Assembly: GCA_030390025.1 (NCBI GenBank)
Contig: CM059432.1
Coordinates: forward strand, 56,236,001 to 56,300,000
DNA from: Squalus acanthias
Taxonomy: Eukaryota
Reading direction: 5' to 3'
DNA length: 64,000 bases
Each line of letters opens with the position of its first letter. Positions within the stretch are counted from its first letter, which is position 1. Under the pieces are notes generated by a model, which made no database searches, had not been told where the DNA came from, and was given only the letters and a program-made list of their open reading frames with translations. Of this stretch, positions 47,432-61,578 are shown piece by piece. Both the position numbers and the translations under genes were made by a program.

Positions 47432-50400
47432 CTCTTGGCGTGGGAAGGGGAAAATCCAGTTGTTGTGGTCCACATAGGAACCAACGACAAAGGTAGAACT
47501 AGGAATGTGGTTCTGCTGAGAGAGTTTGAGGAGTTTGGGTCCAAATTAAAAAGCAGAACCTCAAAGGTAATAATCTCCGGATTGTTACCTGAGCCACGTG
47601 CCAATTGGCATAGGGATAAACAGATTAGAAGGTTAAATGCATGGCTGAAAGAGTGGTGTGGGCGGCAGGGGTTTCGCTTAATGGGCCACTGGCACCAGTA
47701 CTAGGGAAAGAGGGAGCAGTTCCGTTGGGACGGGCTCCACTTAAACCAGGCTGGAACCAGTGTCCTGGTGAATCAAATAACTAGGGCAGTAGACAGGGCT
47801 TTAAACTAATGGGGTGGGGGGTGAGGGGTGAGGGGTTGGGAAGATTCAGGAAAGATTTAATTTAAAAGCAGCAAGAGAAATTCAAGGTTCTAGAGCAGAG
47901 CAGAGTTTTGGGTAAAAATTAGCAGAGTGGGTCAGGAAGGGATAGAGAGTAACAAAGATAATAGGGCATCAGTGACTAAGGTGACAGGGAAAAATAGAAA
48001 AAAGTCAAAGCTAAAGGCACTATATCTGAATGCGCGAAGCATTCGCAACAAAATAGATGAATTAATTAGCACAGATAGAAATGAATAGGTTTGATCTAAT
48101 AGCCAATACGGAGACGTGGTTGTAAAGTGACCAAATAGTTGGGAACTAAATATTCCAGGATACTTTTAGAAGGGATAGGCAAAATGGAAAAGGAGGAGGG
48201 GTAGCCCTGATAATAAAGGATGGGATAAAGATAGTAGAGAGAAAGGATCTTGGCTCCGAAAATCAAATAGAATCAGTTTGGGTGGAGCCAAGAAACAGCA
48301 AGGGGCAGAAAACATTGGTGGGAGTTATTTATGGGCCCCCAAACAGTAGTTGTAATATAGGCAGAGTATAAATCAGCAAATTAGAGGCACATGTAACAAG
48401 GGTAATACAGTAATCATGGGGGACTTTAATCTACATATAGACTGTGCAAACCAAATTTGCAGTAATCATGTGGAGGACAAATTCATGGAATGTATGCAAG
48501 ATCGTTTCCTAGATCAGTATGTTGAGGAACCAACTAGGGAACAGGCTATTTTAGATCTAGTATTGTGCAATGAGAAAGGGTTAATTAATAACCATGTAGT
48601 AAAGGGGCCTTTAGGGAAGAGTGACCATAATATGATGGAATTTTATATTGAGTTTGCAAGTGATTTAGTTAAATCCGAAACTAGGGCCTTGAATCTAAAT
48701 AAAGCAAACTACGTAGGTATGAGGGGCGAGTTGGCTAAGGTAGATTGGGAAACTACATTAAAAGGTATGATGGTAGACAAGCAATGGGTAGCATTTCAAG
48801 AATTAATACATAATTTACCACAAATATGGGTGAGTCTGAGTGAGTGGACTACCTGCGAGGGAGACAGTCGGCAAGCGACATAACGAAGGAGTGGCGTCAG
48901 AATTCAAAGGTGTCGTTGGCACAAGGGAGCTGAGAGGTGAGTGTATGTGGTAAGTTTTTTTTTCAGTTTTGAGTATATTTCTGCTAAGTAGTTCTTGGCC
49001 TATCTAATAGAGGGAAGTGCTGATTGGTGGGTAGCTGTTGATTGTTTCTTGTTAAGTTTTTAAAGTTTATTTCTGCTAAATTACCTCCATAGTCTGGTAA
49101 ATAGAGGCATGGCAGGGCAGCTCAGTCCTGTGATTTGCACGTCCTGTGATTTGCACATCCTGTGCCATGTGGGAAATTCTGGACGCTTCTTGCGGCCTGG
49201 ACCACCATGTGTGCAGGAAATGTCGCCAACTGCAGCAACTTGAGCTCCGGGTTTCGGAGCTTGAGCGGCAGCTGGAGTCCCTACAGTGCATCCGCGAGGC
49301 TGAGAAATACTTGGAAAGCACGTTTCTAGAAGTGGTCATCCTGCAGCCTCGGAATGTGCAGGCAGAGAGGGAATGGGTGACCACCAGGCAGGTAGCACAG
49401 GAATCCCCAGAGTGCATCTCGCTCGCTAACCGGTTCACAGTTCTGGAACCTGGTGGGGGTGATGGCTCCTCTGGGGAGAACAGCCAGAGCCAAGGCCACG
49501 GCACCACAGGTGGCTCAGCTGCATAGTGGGGGAGGAAGAAGAGTGGAAGAGCAATAGTGATAGGGGATTCATTGGTTAGAGGAACAGCTAGGTGTTTCTG
49601 TGGATGCAGACGTGACTCCAGGATGGTATGTTGCCTCCCTGGTGCCAGGGTCAAGAATGTCACTGAGCGGCTGCAGAACACTCTGAGGGGGGAGGGTGAA
49701 CAGCCAGAGGTCGTTGTCCATATCGGTACCAACGACATAGGCAGAAAGAGGGATGAGGTCCTGCAAGCAGACTATAGGGAGCTAGAAAGAGATTAAAAAG
49801 CAGGACCTCAAAGGTAGTAATCTCCGGATTACTCCCGGTGTTACGTGCTAGTGAGTACAGGAATAGGAGGATAGAACAGATGAATGTGTGGCTGGAGGGA
49901 TGGTGCAGGAGGGAGGGCTTTAGATTCCTGAGGCATTGGGACCATTTCTGCGGAAGGTGGGACCTATACAAGCCGGACGGGTTACACCTCAACAGAGCCG
50001 GGACCAATATTCTCGCGGGGAGGGTTTAAATTAGCTTGGCAGGTGGATGGGCACCAGCATATCTGAGTAGAAAAGAGGAATAAGGTGCATAAAAGAGTGA
50101 GTGTGTTGCATAGTACTAGAGAAGAAAGTAGTACTAGAGGCGGCAGTCGTACCATATTAGATAGGAGCAGACTAAGAAAGATTACGAAAAATTCAAAAAT
50201 GGGTTTAGATTGCATGTACGTCAACGCACAAAGTGTGGTGAATAAGGTTGGTGAGCTACAAGCACAATTAGCCGTGTGGCAATATGATGTTGTGGCAATA
50301 ATGGAAACGTGACTTAAAAGCGATGAGGACTGGGCTGTTAATATTCAAGGGTACAAGATGTTCAGACAAGATGGGGAAGGAAAAAAGGGAGGTGGGGTGG

Positions 50401-53400
50401 CAGTGCTGATTAAGACATTGTAGTGTTGGAAAGGGAGGATGTTCTTGAGGGGACAAGGACAGAATCTATTTGGTTAGAGTTGAGGAGCAAAAAGGGTATG
50501 ATCACGCTATTGGGTGTATTCTACAGGCCTCCAAATAGTGAGAGGGAGGTAGAGGAGCAAATCTGCAGGGAAATCGCAGAGATATGCAAGAGCTATAGAG
50601 TGGTGATATTGGGGGACTTTAATTACCCAAATATCGATTGGGATAATGCTAGGGTAAAGGGAAAGGAGGGGGAGGAATTTCTGAAATGTGTTCAGGAGAA
50701 TTTCCTTGACCAGTATGTTCTTGGCCCAACTAGGAAGGAGGCATTGCTGGATCTGGTGCTGGGGAATGAGGTGGGCCAGGTGGACCAAGTGTCTGTGGGA
50801 GAACACTTTGGTACGAGTGATCATTGTATCATAAGATTTAGATTAACAATGGAGAGGAGCAAGGAACAATCTAGAGTGGAACATCTAGATTGGAATAGTG
50901 CTAACTTCAATGGGATACGAAAGGATCTAGCCAGGGTAAAATGGAACCAAAGACTGACAGGAAAAACTGTAATGGAACAATGGGTGATCTTTAAGGAGGA
51001 GATGTTCCAAGTACAGGCTAGGTACATTCCAACAAGAGGGAAGGGTAAAGGAACCAAAGCAAGGGCTCCTTGGATTACGCAGAAGATAGGGAAGATGATG
51101 AAACAAAAAAAGAGGGTGTATGATGAATGTCGGGTGAATTCTTCAAGGGAGAACCAGACCAAATACAATAAGTTGAGAGAGGAAGTGAAGATAAAAATAA
51201 GATTGGCAAAGCGAGAATATGAGAGTAGAATGGCGGTTAACATAAAAGGGAACCCAAAAATCTTCTACCGGCATGTAAACCGTAAGCGGGTAGAAAGAGG
51301 CGGGTTGGGGCCTTTGAGACAAAGAAGGTGAGATATGCTTCGATGCGCAGGGCAAGGCTGGAATACTTAATGAGTACTTTATATCGGTGTTTACTAAGGA
51401 GGTGGATGCTGACAAAGTATCGGTAGAAGCAATGGAAGGGGTGAAAATTGATTGACAGGATGTAGTAGAAAGGCTGGGTATCCTTAGAGTGGACAAGTCG
51501 CCTGGTCCAGATTGCTTGCATCCCAGGTTGCGAAGGGAATTGGGGGAGGAGATAGTGAAAGGGCTTGCCATAATTTTCCAATCTTCCCTAGATGCGGGGG
51601 AGGTGCCTGAGGATTGGAAAGTGGCAAATGTGACACCATTGTTCTAGGGTATAAGGAGAATCCTAGTAACTACAGGCCGGTCAGTTTAACATCAGTGGTG
51701 GGTAAAGTTTTAGCAACAATAATCAAGGAAAAAATTAACAGGCACTTGGAGAGGTTTAAGCTAATTAAGGAGAGCCAACACGGATTTGTAAAAGGCAGAT
51801 CGTTTTTGACTAATCTAATTGAATTTTTTGATGAAGTAACAGAGAGGATTGACGAAGGGAATGCAATGGATATTGTCTACATGGATTTTAGGAAGGCGTT
51901 TGACCAAGTACCACATAGAAGGCTGGTTAACAAAATTGAGGCTCATGGAATAGGTGGGTCAGTGGCAACTTGGATAAGGAATTGGCTTAAGGACAGAAAA
52001 CAGCGAGTTGTGGTAAATGGCTGTTTTTCAGACTGGAGGATGGTAGACAGTGGTGTTCCCCAAGGGTCAGTGTTGGGGCCACTGCTTTTTTTGATATATA
52101 TATAAATGACCTGGATATTGGAATACAGAGTAGAATTTCTAAGTTTGCCGATGACAACAAACTTGGGGGTGTGGCAAACAGTGATGATACCAATTGACTG
52201 CAACAGGACACAGAAAGGCTAGCAGACTGGGCAGACAAGTGGCAGATGGAATTTAATACAGAGAAGTGTGAGGTGATGCATTTTGGCAGAAGGAACAGGG
52301 AGAGGCAATATACACTTAATGGCACAGTTTTAAAGAGTGTGCAGGGACAGAGGGAGCTGGGAGTTAATGTGCATAGGTCCTTGAAGGTGGCGGGACATAT
52401 TGAGAGAGTGGTTAACAAAGCATATGGGATCTTGGGCTTCATAAATAGAGGTATTGAGTACAAAAGTAGAGAAGTTATGCTGAACCTTTAATAAAGCGCT
52501 GGTTAGGCCACAACTGGAGTATTGTGTCCATTTCTGGTCACCACACTTTAGGAAGGATGTGAAGGCCCTTGAGAGGGTGCAGAGGAGATTTACCAGAATG
52601 GTTCCGGGGATGGGGGATTTTAGCTACAAGGACAGGTTGGAGAAGCTGGATTTGTTTTCATTAGAGCAAAGGAGGTTGAGGGGTGATTTGATCGAGGTGT
52701 ACAAGATTATGACGGGTTTGGATAGGCTAGGTTGGGAAAGGCTGTTCCCATTAGTTGATGGTATAAGGACTAGTGGACACAGATTTAAGGTTTTGGCCAA
52801 GAGATACAGGGGGAATGTGAGGAAAAACTTTTTTACGCAGCGAGTGGTGAGGACCTGGAACTCGCTGCCAATGGAAGTGTTGAAAGCGGCGACACGCAAT
52901 GTTTTCAAGTGGAGACTGGATAGGCACTTGAGGGAAATAAACTTGCAGGGCTACGGGGATAGAGCGGGGAATGGGACTGACTGGATTGCTCTACAGAGAG
53001 CCGTCATGGACTCGATGGGCCGACTGGCCTCCTTCTGTGCCGTTATGACTCGAGTCTATGAAATATACATTCCTTTAAGGCACAAAAATCCCACAGGAGA
53101 AGTGGTCCAACCGTGGCTAACAAGAGAAGTTAAAGATAGTATTAGATCAATGGAAGAGGCTTATAATGTTGCCGAAAAGAGTAGCAAGCTTGAGGATTGG
53201 GAGGATTTTAGAATTCAGCAAAGGAGGACCAAGAAATTGATGAGGAAAGATAAAAGAATGAGAGTAAATTAGCAAGAGACATAAAAACAGATTGTAAACA
53301 TTTTCTATAGGTATGTAAATAGGAGGAGATTAGCGAAAGTAAATGTGGGACCATTCAAGGCAGAGAGGGGTGAAATTATAATGGGCAATAAGGAAATGGC

Positions 53401-55110
53401 AGAGACATTAAACAAATACTTTGTATCTGTCTTCACGGTAGAAGACACAAAAATAATTCTGGAAATAATGGGGAACCAAGGGTCTAGTGAGAATGAGGAA
53501 CTTAAAGAAATGAGTGTAAGTAAAGACATAGTACTGGAGAAATTAGTGGGAATAAGTGGCGACAAATCCCCTGGACCTGACGACCTGCATCCTAGGGTTT
53601 TAAAAGCGGTAGCTGCAGAGATAGTGGATGCACTGGTATTAATCTTCCAGAATTCCCTAGATTCTAGAACAGTTCCCAAGGATTGGAAGGTAGCGAACAT
53701 TACCCCGCTATTTAAGAAGAGGAAGAGAAAAAACGGGGAAATATCGGCCAGTTAGCCTGACATCAGTAGTAGGCAAAATGCTAGAATCTATTATTAGGGA
53801 TGTGGTAAGAGGGCACTGAGAAAATCGTAATATGATTAGGCAGAGTCAACATGGTTTTATGAAAGGGAAATTGTGTTTGACAAATCTGTTAGTTTTTTGA
53901 AGATTTAAAGGATGGATAAGGGGGAACCAGTGAATGTAGTGTATTTAGATTTTCAAAAAGCATTCGATAAGGTCCCACACAAGAGGTTATTACACAAAAT
54001 TAGGACTCATGGGCTTGGGGGTAATATATTAGCATGGATTGAGGGTTGGTTAATCAACAGAGAGTAGGAATAAACGGGTAATTTTCGGGTTGGCAGGCTG
54101 TAACTAGTGGGGTACTGCAAGGATCAGTGCTTGGGCCTCAGCTATTTACAATCTATATTATTGACTTAGATGAAGGGACTGAGTGTAACGTATTCAAGTT
54201 TGCTGATGAAACAAAGTTAGGTGGGAAAGTAAGAGGCTGCAGAGAGATGTAGACAGGTTGACTGGATAAGAACATCGCAAATGGAATACAATATGGGGAA
54301 GTGTGAAGTTATCCACTTTGGTAGGAAAAACAAAAAAGCAGAATATTTTTTGAATGGTGAGAGACTGGGAAATGTTTGCATTCAGAGGAATCTGGGTGTC
54401 CTTTTACATGAATCACAGAAAGTTAGCATGTAGGCACAGCAAGCAATTAGGAAAGCAAATGGTACGTTAACTTTTGTTACAAAGGGATTAGAGTATAAGA
54501 GTAAGTAAGTCTTACTACAATTATACAGGGCATTGGTGAGGCCACACCTGGAGTACTATGTACAGTTCTGGTATCCTTACCTAAGGAAAGATATACTTGC
54601 CTTAGAGGGAGTGCAATGAAGGTTCACTAGATTGGTTCCTGGGATGAGGGGATTGTCCAATGAGGAGAGATTGAGTAGACTAGGCCTATATTCCTTAAAG
54701 TTTAGAAGAATGATTGGTGATCTCATTGAAAAATATAAAATTCTTAAGGGGCTTGACAGGGTGAATGCTGAGAAAATGATTCCCCTGGCTGGGGAATCTA
54801 GAATATGGGGTCACAGTCTCAGAATAAGGGGTCGGCCATTTAGGACTGAGATGAGGAGAAATTTCTTCATTCAAAGGGTTGTGAATCTTTGGAATTCTCT
54901 ACCCCAGAGAGCTGTGGATGCTCAGTCGTTGAGTATATTCAAGACAGAGGTCGATAAATCTTTGGGAATTAAGGGATATGGGGATCGTGCGGGAAGGTGG
55001 ATTTGAGGTAGAAGATCAGCCATGATCTTGTTGAACGATGGAGCTGGCTTGAAGGGCCAAATGGCCTACGCCAGCTCCTATGTTCTTATGTTCTTTATGT
55101 TCTTTATGTT
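47432..55110 (+). mobile_element. CR1 LINE (ORF1 end + ORF2 + tail) split into 47432-48827 and 53061-55110 by a nested CR1
   Basis: VVVHIGTND esterase and APE (MGDFNLHID...GKSDHN), resuming at 53061 (YIPLRHKNP...PWLTREVK), RT remnants, tail (cttatgttct)n near 55080-55110. Confidence 0.92.
48828..53060 (+). mobile_element. Full-length (~4.2 kb) CR1 LINE with 5' UTR, ORF1 (from ATG 49109; Zn-finger/zipper + SGNH esterase) and ORF2 (APE-RT), now disrupted
   Basis: TSD AAATAT at 48822-48827 and 53061-53066. ORF1: CTSC...CRKCRQLQQLELRVSELERQL, IGDS, VVHIGTND, DGLHLN. ORF2: [33 protein letters not shown]. Confidence 0.95.
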
Positions 55111-55626
55111 AACTTTAAACAATCTTAACTTCACAAGTTAGTTTTTAATCCAATGAAGTAAGAAAAATAAGTGGCATTTAGATTTTATCTATATTCCACA
55201 GACAATTACTTTGTCAAAAGCTACTTTGAGTCTTGCTTTACTTCACGGAGGTAGTTTTTTCCATTCCGCCCCTTCAGCAGCAGTTTTATCCAATCTAAAC
55301 TCCCCACATTTCAGGCTCTTTTTTCATGTTCCAACTGACCAATTCAAGGAGGCTTTTTCCCCTCCAATCCCTTTCTACAACAGGCAGAGACACCAAACAG
55401 CCTCCAACCATCCCAGTTTCCAAAGGCACTCTCCCTCTCTTCCCATTGCCCTACTCCCACCCCAATTCACAAAGGCAGTTTCACCTTCTAACTCACCAGC
55501 TCGGAAATTGTCCTTCTTTGTTGATCTTCTCAATGCTGTTTCCAGCAACAAATTCATGGTCAGATATGTCTTGGAATAGCAAATTAACTGCATTGCAAGA
55601 TTGCCAATTTTCTGTCCGAGGAAATA

Positions 55627-55958
55627 CAGGAAACTTTCGTTTATCCGGCACCGACGGGACCGGCGTGGTGCCGGTTGATCGAAAGTGCCGGATTACAGAG
55701 AGGTATACTTACCAAGGTACGAGAGCCCCGTACACGGCCACAGGCTTAACAATTGGGACCCGGAGAGGGAAAGTAAACGAGTCTCCGGCTTTTTCCTCCG
55801 TGGCGGCGACAGGTCCGAGTCGGAAGAACGTTGACCCCCCTTTTGTGGGGGCGAAAGGTCAGAATCGGGGTCTTGTCTGTATAATAAAACTTACCTGATT
55901 TTTGCCGGTTAAGCGAGAATTCCGGATATTTGGGTGCCGGATAAACGAAAGTTTCCTG
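55627..55958. mobile_element. Tc1/mariner-superfamily (pogo/Tigger-like) MITE, 332 bp
   Basis: Perfect 26-bp TIRs caggaaactttcgtttatccggcacc (55627-55652 / 55933-55958) flanked by TA on both sides. Confidence 0.92.
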
Positions 55959-56350
55959 TACTAAGTGTACAGATCTGAGACTGTGCATACATCTTGTGTA
56001 TACACTTTGCACTAAAATGTTATTGAAAAGACCCCAGGAGATCTGCTTGTATAAAAATAATTATATGGTGACCAAACCTGCCTCAATTGGATGTACTCTC
56101 CCCAGAGACACACAACCCATCATTACTAAACTTCTTACTAGTTTGATGATTACACAATATGCAGATTAATCTGCTGACTGCAAAACTTCATAATTGAAAT
56201 CTTCCATTTTTGGTGATGTCCTATTAAATATTTCTAAAATCAATCAGCAGAAATCCGACGCCAAATTTTGGTGCTCAAGATGGAAATATTTTACAAATGA
56301 TCTGCCCGTTCAAATTATGATAACTTAAATAATTTTTGTTTATTAATTAG

Positions 56351-56611
<261 letters not shown>

Positions 56612-57204
56612 TGAAAAGACCTATTGATTCTCTTTCGCGACTCTCTTAAAATAAACTTGATTGTTTGAACAGCAGGTGGCTGATAAAATGTTCAAACATT
56701 TTTGTTGATGATTGATGCCACTTGCAACAGAGATATCAACTTACATCTTTTCAAAAAGAAATAATTGAGGTATCGATAGAAAAATATTGAGGCTGCTGGT
56801 TTATAAAAAAAATCATACCCATGTTTTGTGCTTGCTTCACCTGGAAATTAAACTGTATTTTGAGTTGAGCAAAATGGGATTAAAAAAACAAGAAAATCAA
56901 TCATTTATCTACATTTGTAGACGAGCTGTATATTTTAATCTGGAAAAAATACAAAGCTATATGTTTGGAAGAATTTGTGTAGACTTTCTGTCCAATTCTT
57001 GTAAATAAAATTATTGGGTTCATCTATTTTTAGCACTAATAAAGTTAACAGCATTTCAGTATTTAGTTTGTGTTAAGTTTAAATAAAGAAGCTATTACAG
57101 GTTACAGTTTTCCACAAACTGAGTCTGTTAACATATAGAGCCCATTACTGTGATTTAAATCTGCTTCCTTTTTTTGTGCAAATCTAATGCTGACCTTTAG
57201 TTTT

Positions 57205-59542
57205 AGAATAGAATCATCGAACCATAGAATGGTTACAGCAGAAGAAGGCCATTCGGCCCGTTGAGCCCGTCCCAGCTCTCTGCAAGAGCACTTCAGCTAG
57301 ACCCACTCCCCCGCCCTTTCCCCGTTGCCCTGCAAATTTATTTTCTTCAGGTACTTATCCAACTCCCTTTTGAAAGCCGTGACTGAATCTGCCTCCACCA
57401 CCTTTTCAGGCAGTGCATTCCAGAACTTAACCACTCGCTGCGTAAAAAAGTTTTTTCTTGCGTTGCCTTTGGTTCTTTTGCCAACCACCTTAAATCTGTG
57501 TCCTCTGGTTCTCGACCCTTCTGCCAATGGGAATAGTTTCCTTCTATCTACTCTGTCCAGACCCCTCATGATTTTGAACACCTCTATCAAATCTCCTCTC
57601 AATCTTCTCTGCTCCAAGAAGAACAACCCCAGCTTCTCCAGTCTATCAACGTAACTGAAGTCCCTCATTCCTGGAATCATTCTCGTAAATCTTTTCTGCA
57701 CCCTCTCTAAGGCCTTCCCATCCTTCCTAACTGTGTGGTGCCCAGAATTGGACACAGTACTCCAGTTGGGGCTGAACCAGTGTTTTATACAGGTTCATCA
57801 TAATTTCCACACTCTTGTACTCTATACCTCTATCTATGAAGCCCAGGATCCCGTAAACCTTTTTAACTGCTTTCTCAACCTGCCCTGCCGCCTTCAACGA
57901 TTTGTGCACACATACCCCCCAGGTCTCTCTGTTCGTGCACCCCCTTCAGGATTGTACCATTTAGTTTATATGTCTCTCCTCATTCTTTCGACCAAAATGT
58001 ATCACTTCACACTTTTCTGCATTAAATTTCATCTGCCACGTTTCTGCTCATTTCACCAGCCTGTCTAAGTCTTCCTGAAGTCTATCACTCCCCTTCTCAC
58101 TGTTCACTATACTTCCAAGTTTTGTGTCATCTGCAAATTTTGAAATTGTGCCCTGTACACCCATGTCCAAGTCATTAATATATATCAAGAAAAGCAGTGG
58201 TCCTATAACCAACCCCTGGGGAACACCACTGCATACCTTCCTCCAATACGAAAAACAGCCGTTCAGCACTACTGTTTCCTACCACTTAGCCAATTCCGTA
58301 TCCATGCTGCCACTGTCCCTTTTATTCCATGGGCTTCAACTTTGCTGGCAAGCCTATTATGTGGCACTTTGTCGAACGCCTTTTAGAAATCCATGTACAC
58401 TACGTCAACTGCATTACCCTCCTCACCCCTCTCTGTTACCTCATCAAAGAACTCAGTCAACTTAGTTAAACACGATTTGCCTTTAACATCTGTGCTGGCT
58501 TTTCTTAATTAATCCACACTTGTCCAAGTGACAATTTTGTCCCTGATTACTGTTTCTATAAGCTTCCCCACTACCGAAGTCAAACTGACTGGCCTGTAGT
58601 TCCAGCGTTTATCTTTACACCCTTTTTTGAACAATGGTGTAACATTTGCAATTCTCCAGTCCTCTGACACCACCCCTGTATCTAAGGAGGATTGGAATAT
58701 TATGGCCAGTACCTCCCACGATTTCCTCGCTCAATTCCCTCAGCATCCTAGGATGCATCCCATCCGCTCCTGATGACATATCTACTTTAAGTACAAGCCA
58801 GCCTTTCTAATACCTGCTCTTTATCAATTTTTATCCTATCAAGTATCTCCACTACCACCTCCTTTACCATGTCTATGGCAGCATCCTCTTCCTTGGTGAA
58901 GATAGATGCAAAGTGCTCGTTTAGTACCTCAGCCATACCCTCTGCATCCATGCGTAGGTCTCCTTTTTGGTCCCTAATCGGCCCCACCCCTTTTACTACC
59001 CTTTCACTATTTATATGCCTATAGAAGACTTTTGGATTACCTTTTATGTTGGCTGCCATTCTATTCTCATACCCTCATTTTGCCCCTCTTATTTTCTTTT
59101 TCACGTATTCTCTGGCCTTTCTATATATAGCCGGATTCACAGATGTATTTGTAACCTGACATCTGTCATAGGCGCTCTTTTTCTGCTTCATCATATTCTC
59201 GATCTCTTTCGTCATCCAGAGAGACCTGACTTTAGTTGCCCTGCCTTTTCCCCTAATAGGAATGTACCTCAACTGTACCTGAACTATTTCTTTAAAGGCA
59301 GCCCATTGTTCCATTACAGCCTGCCAATTTTTGATTCCAGTTTACATGGGCCAGATTTGTTCTCATCCCACTGAAATTGGCCTCCCCCCCCCCCCCCCCC
59401 CCCAGTTTAACAGTTTTACTCTAGATTGCTCCCTGTCCTTTTCCATAGCTGATCTAAACCTTATGATACGATGATCACTGTTCCCTAAATGTTCACCTAC
59501 TGACACTTGCTCCACTTGACCTACCTCATTCCCCAGAACTTG
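57205..59542 (-). mobile_element. 5'-truncated CR1 LINE (APE end, RT, tail)
   Basis: ORFs 59075-59314, 58787-59059, 58048-58269 (GVPQG...KFADDTKLG) and 57297-57755; tail agaatagaatcat...catagaat. Confidence 0.93.
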
Positions 59543-60229
59543 ACTCGTATGTACAACAGAAAGTTAGTTATGTGATTCATCCAAAAATTGTGTTGAAAAT
59601 ATTATCCAGGGCATTTGGTATATAATCCAATTTGCCAAGACCCTAGTCGGTGTTCATCTACTTGGAAATAGATTTTTTTTCTGTAGGCGTGTATTTATTT
59701 ATTTAATGTACATTATCCACATGCCATGAATTTATTCTCCAGTTCCAAAAGCAGCCCATACAGTTGCACCAAAACAGGAATGAAATGTTTTAATGGGAAT
59801 GTAATGTCTAAATGGGAAAATGCAATTGTGCCTGAACCTCTTGGTTAATGCTTTTGGTTTTTTTTTGAAGGTAACAAAAGTTTTGTTTTTAGTTTGCTAA
59901 TGAATTAAAAGACTTGTGCATGTTATTAATGTCTTGGTCGCTTCTGTGTTTGTCAGAATAAGAACATGTGTAGAAATACTGTTATTTGCAGTTCAGAGCA
60001 CATAACTATTGGAAAAAAATATGTGCTTATGTGCTACTCAAAGCTATGTTTAAAACCTAAATTCTGCAATCAAAGCAAATTTTACTAGTGCAAAAACTCG
60101 AAATTTGTATACTGGGCCCTATTAAGTAATGTGAGCAAAAATAACTTCCTTTTTCTGTATTGTATATTCAAAATAGGAGCCATGAATACTTAGGATATAA
60201 CTTGCCAAGGAAGATGCTTTGTGAAAGGG

Positions 60230-60590
60230 GTATAACTTGTCAAGGTTTATCATGTTCAAACATTGAGGAGGCAATATATAAAAATCAAACTGGGATGTTG
60301 GATTATATTGTCAAATTAGTTGAGTTCAAATCTGTAGAAGTCACGTCAAAATTTCAGAGCTTTGGTCTCGTTGTGCCTGGATTAATGTGTTTGAAGAACA
60401 TTGTGTCTTTTTTTTGTTAGAACGGCACAGATTACGGGTGATGTAATTGTGTTTCAAGTTATGAGAGGATGAGTCAGGGTAGATAGAAGCAGACTGTTTC
60501 CAGTAGTTGAAGGGTCAAGATTGTGGGGCAACATTAAATGTAAGAGATTTAGAACAGAGAAGAAAAATAATTTGGCAGCTGTCTGAAAAT
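60230..60590 (+). mobile_element. Very old CR1 3' remnant
   Basis: cagattacgggtgatgtaattg...cagggtagatagaagcagactgtttcc...gggtcaaga resembles the RLRGDLI...LFP...SRTRGH region. Confidence 0.5.
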
Positions 60591-60751
60591 CTCTCATTTG
60601 GAAGTGTTTTATAATTACTGTACCACCGGGCGCTATGTGCAGAACACTTAATAACATTATCTGTTTATATGCTCATACTGAATATATTTGCATGTGCTCA
60701 GTATTTCTAATCTCATACAATAATATAATTATTCATTGCATCTTCTTGTAG

Positions 60752-61054
<303 letters not shown>

Positions 61055-61578
61055 TAGCCTGCTTTCCTTGTTGGCAAAACTTTAAAGCAAGTACAAATGC
61101 ATGAATCTTGAGTGTGATCACTCTACATTAAATCTGACTGAGACCTTCCTGATGTCAAATGGGAAAGTAAGTTGGTATCAGCCAGAAATCTTCAAGTGTG
61201 TTGCTAGTCTGAGATCAGCCTGCCAGTGACCAGACTAAGGGTGCTGGATGAGACACAAGTTTTGTCAGCAGCGGCCACCATTTATATTTGTCGATGCAGG
61301 CAACAAGTGTATTAACAAATGCAACTTACTCAGCTCTGTCTGTGCTCTCATCCTCTGCTTTTCAATCTCTGGTCTATTGTATGTCCTTGTACCTTTTCCT
61401 GCTCCACCATTATGGCAGAGTCTTCAGCCATCGACCTTACCTTCTGGGATTCTCTTTCTAAAACCCTCTGCTGGGTCATATCTCTTGCCTTCAGAATCCC
61501 TTTTCGGGTCTACTTTCTGCCATTGGTTGCCTCCCCTAATCCTCCTTTTAACTCATGTAGGTATCCATTCCTTTTACA

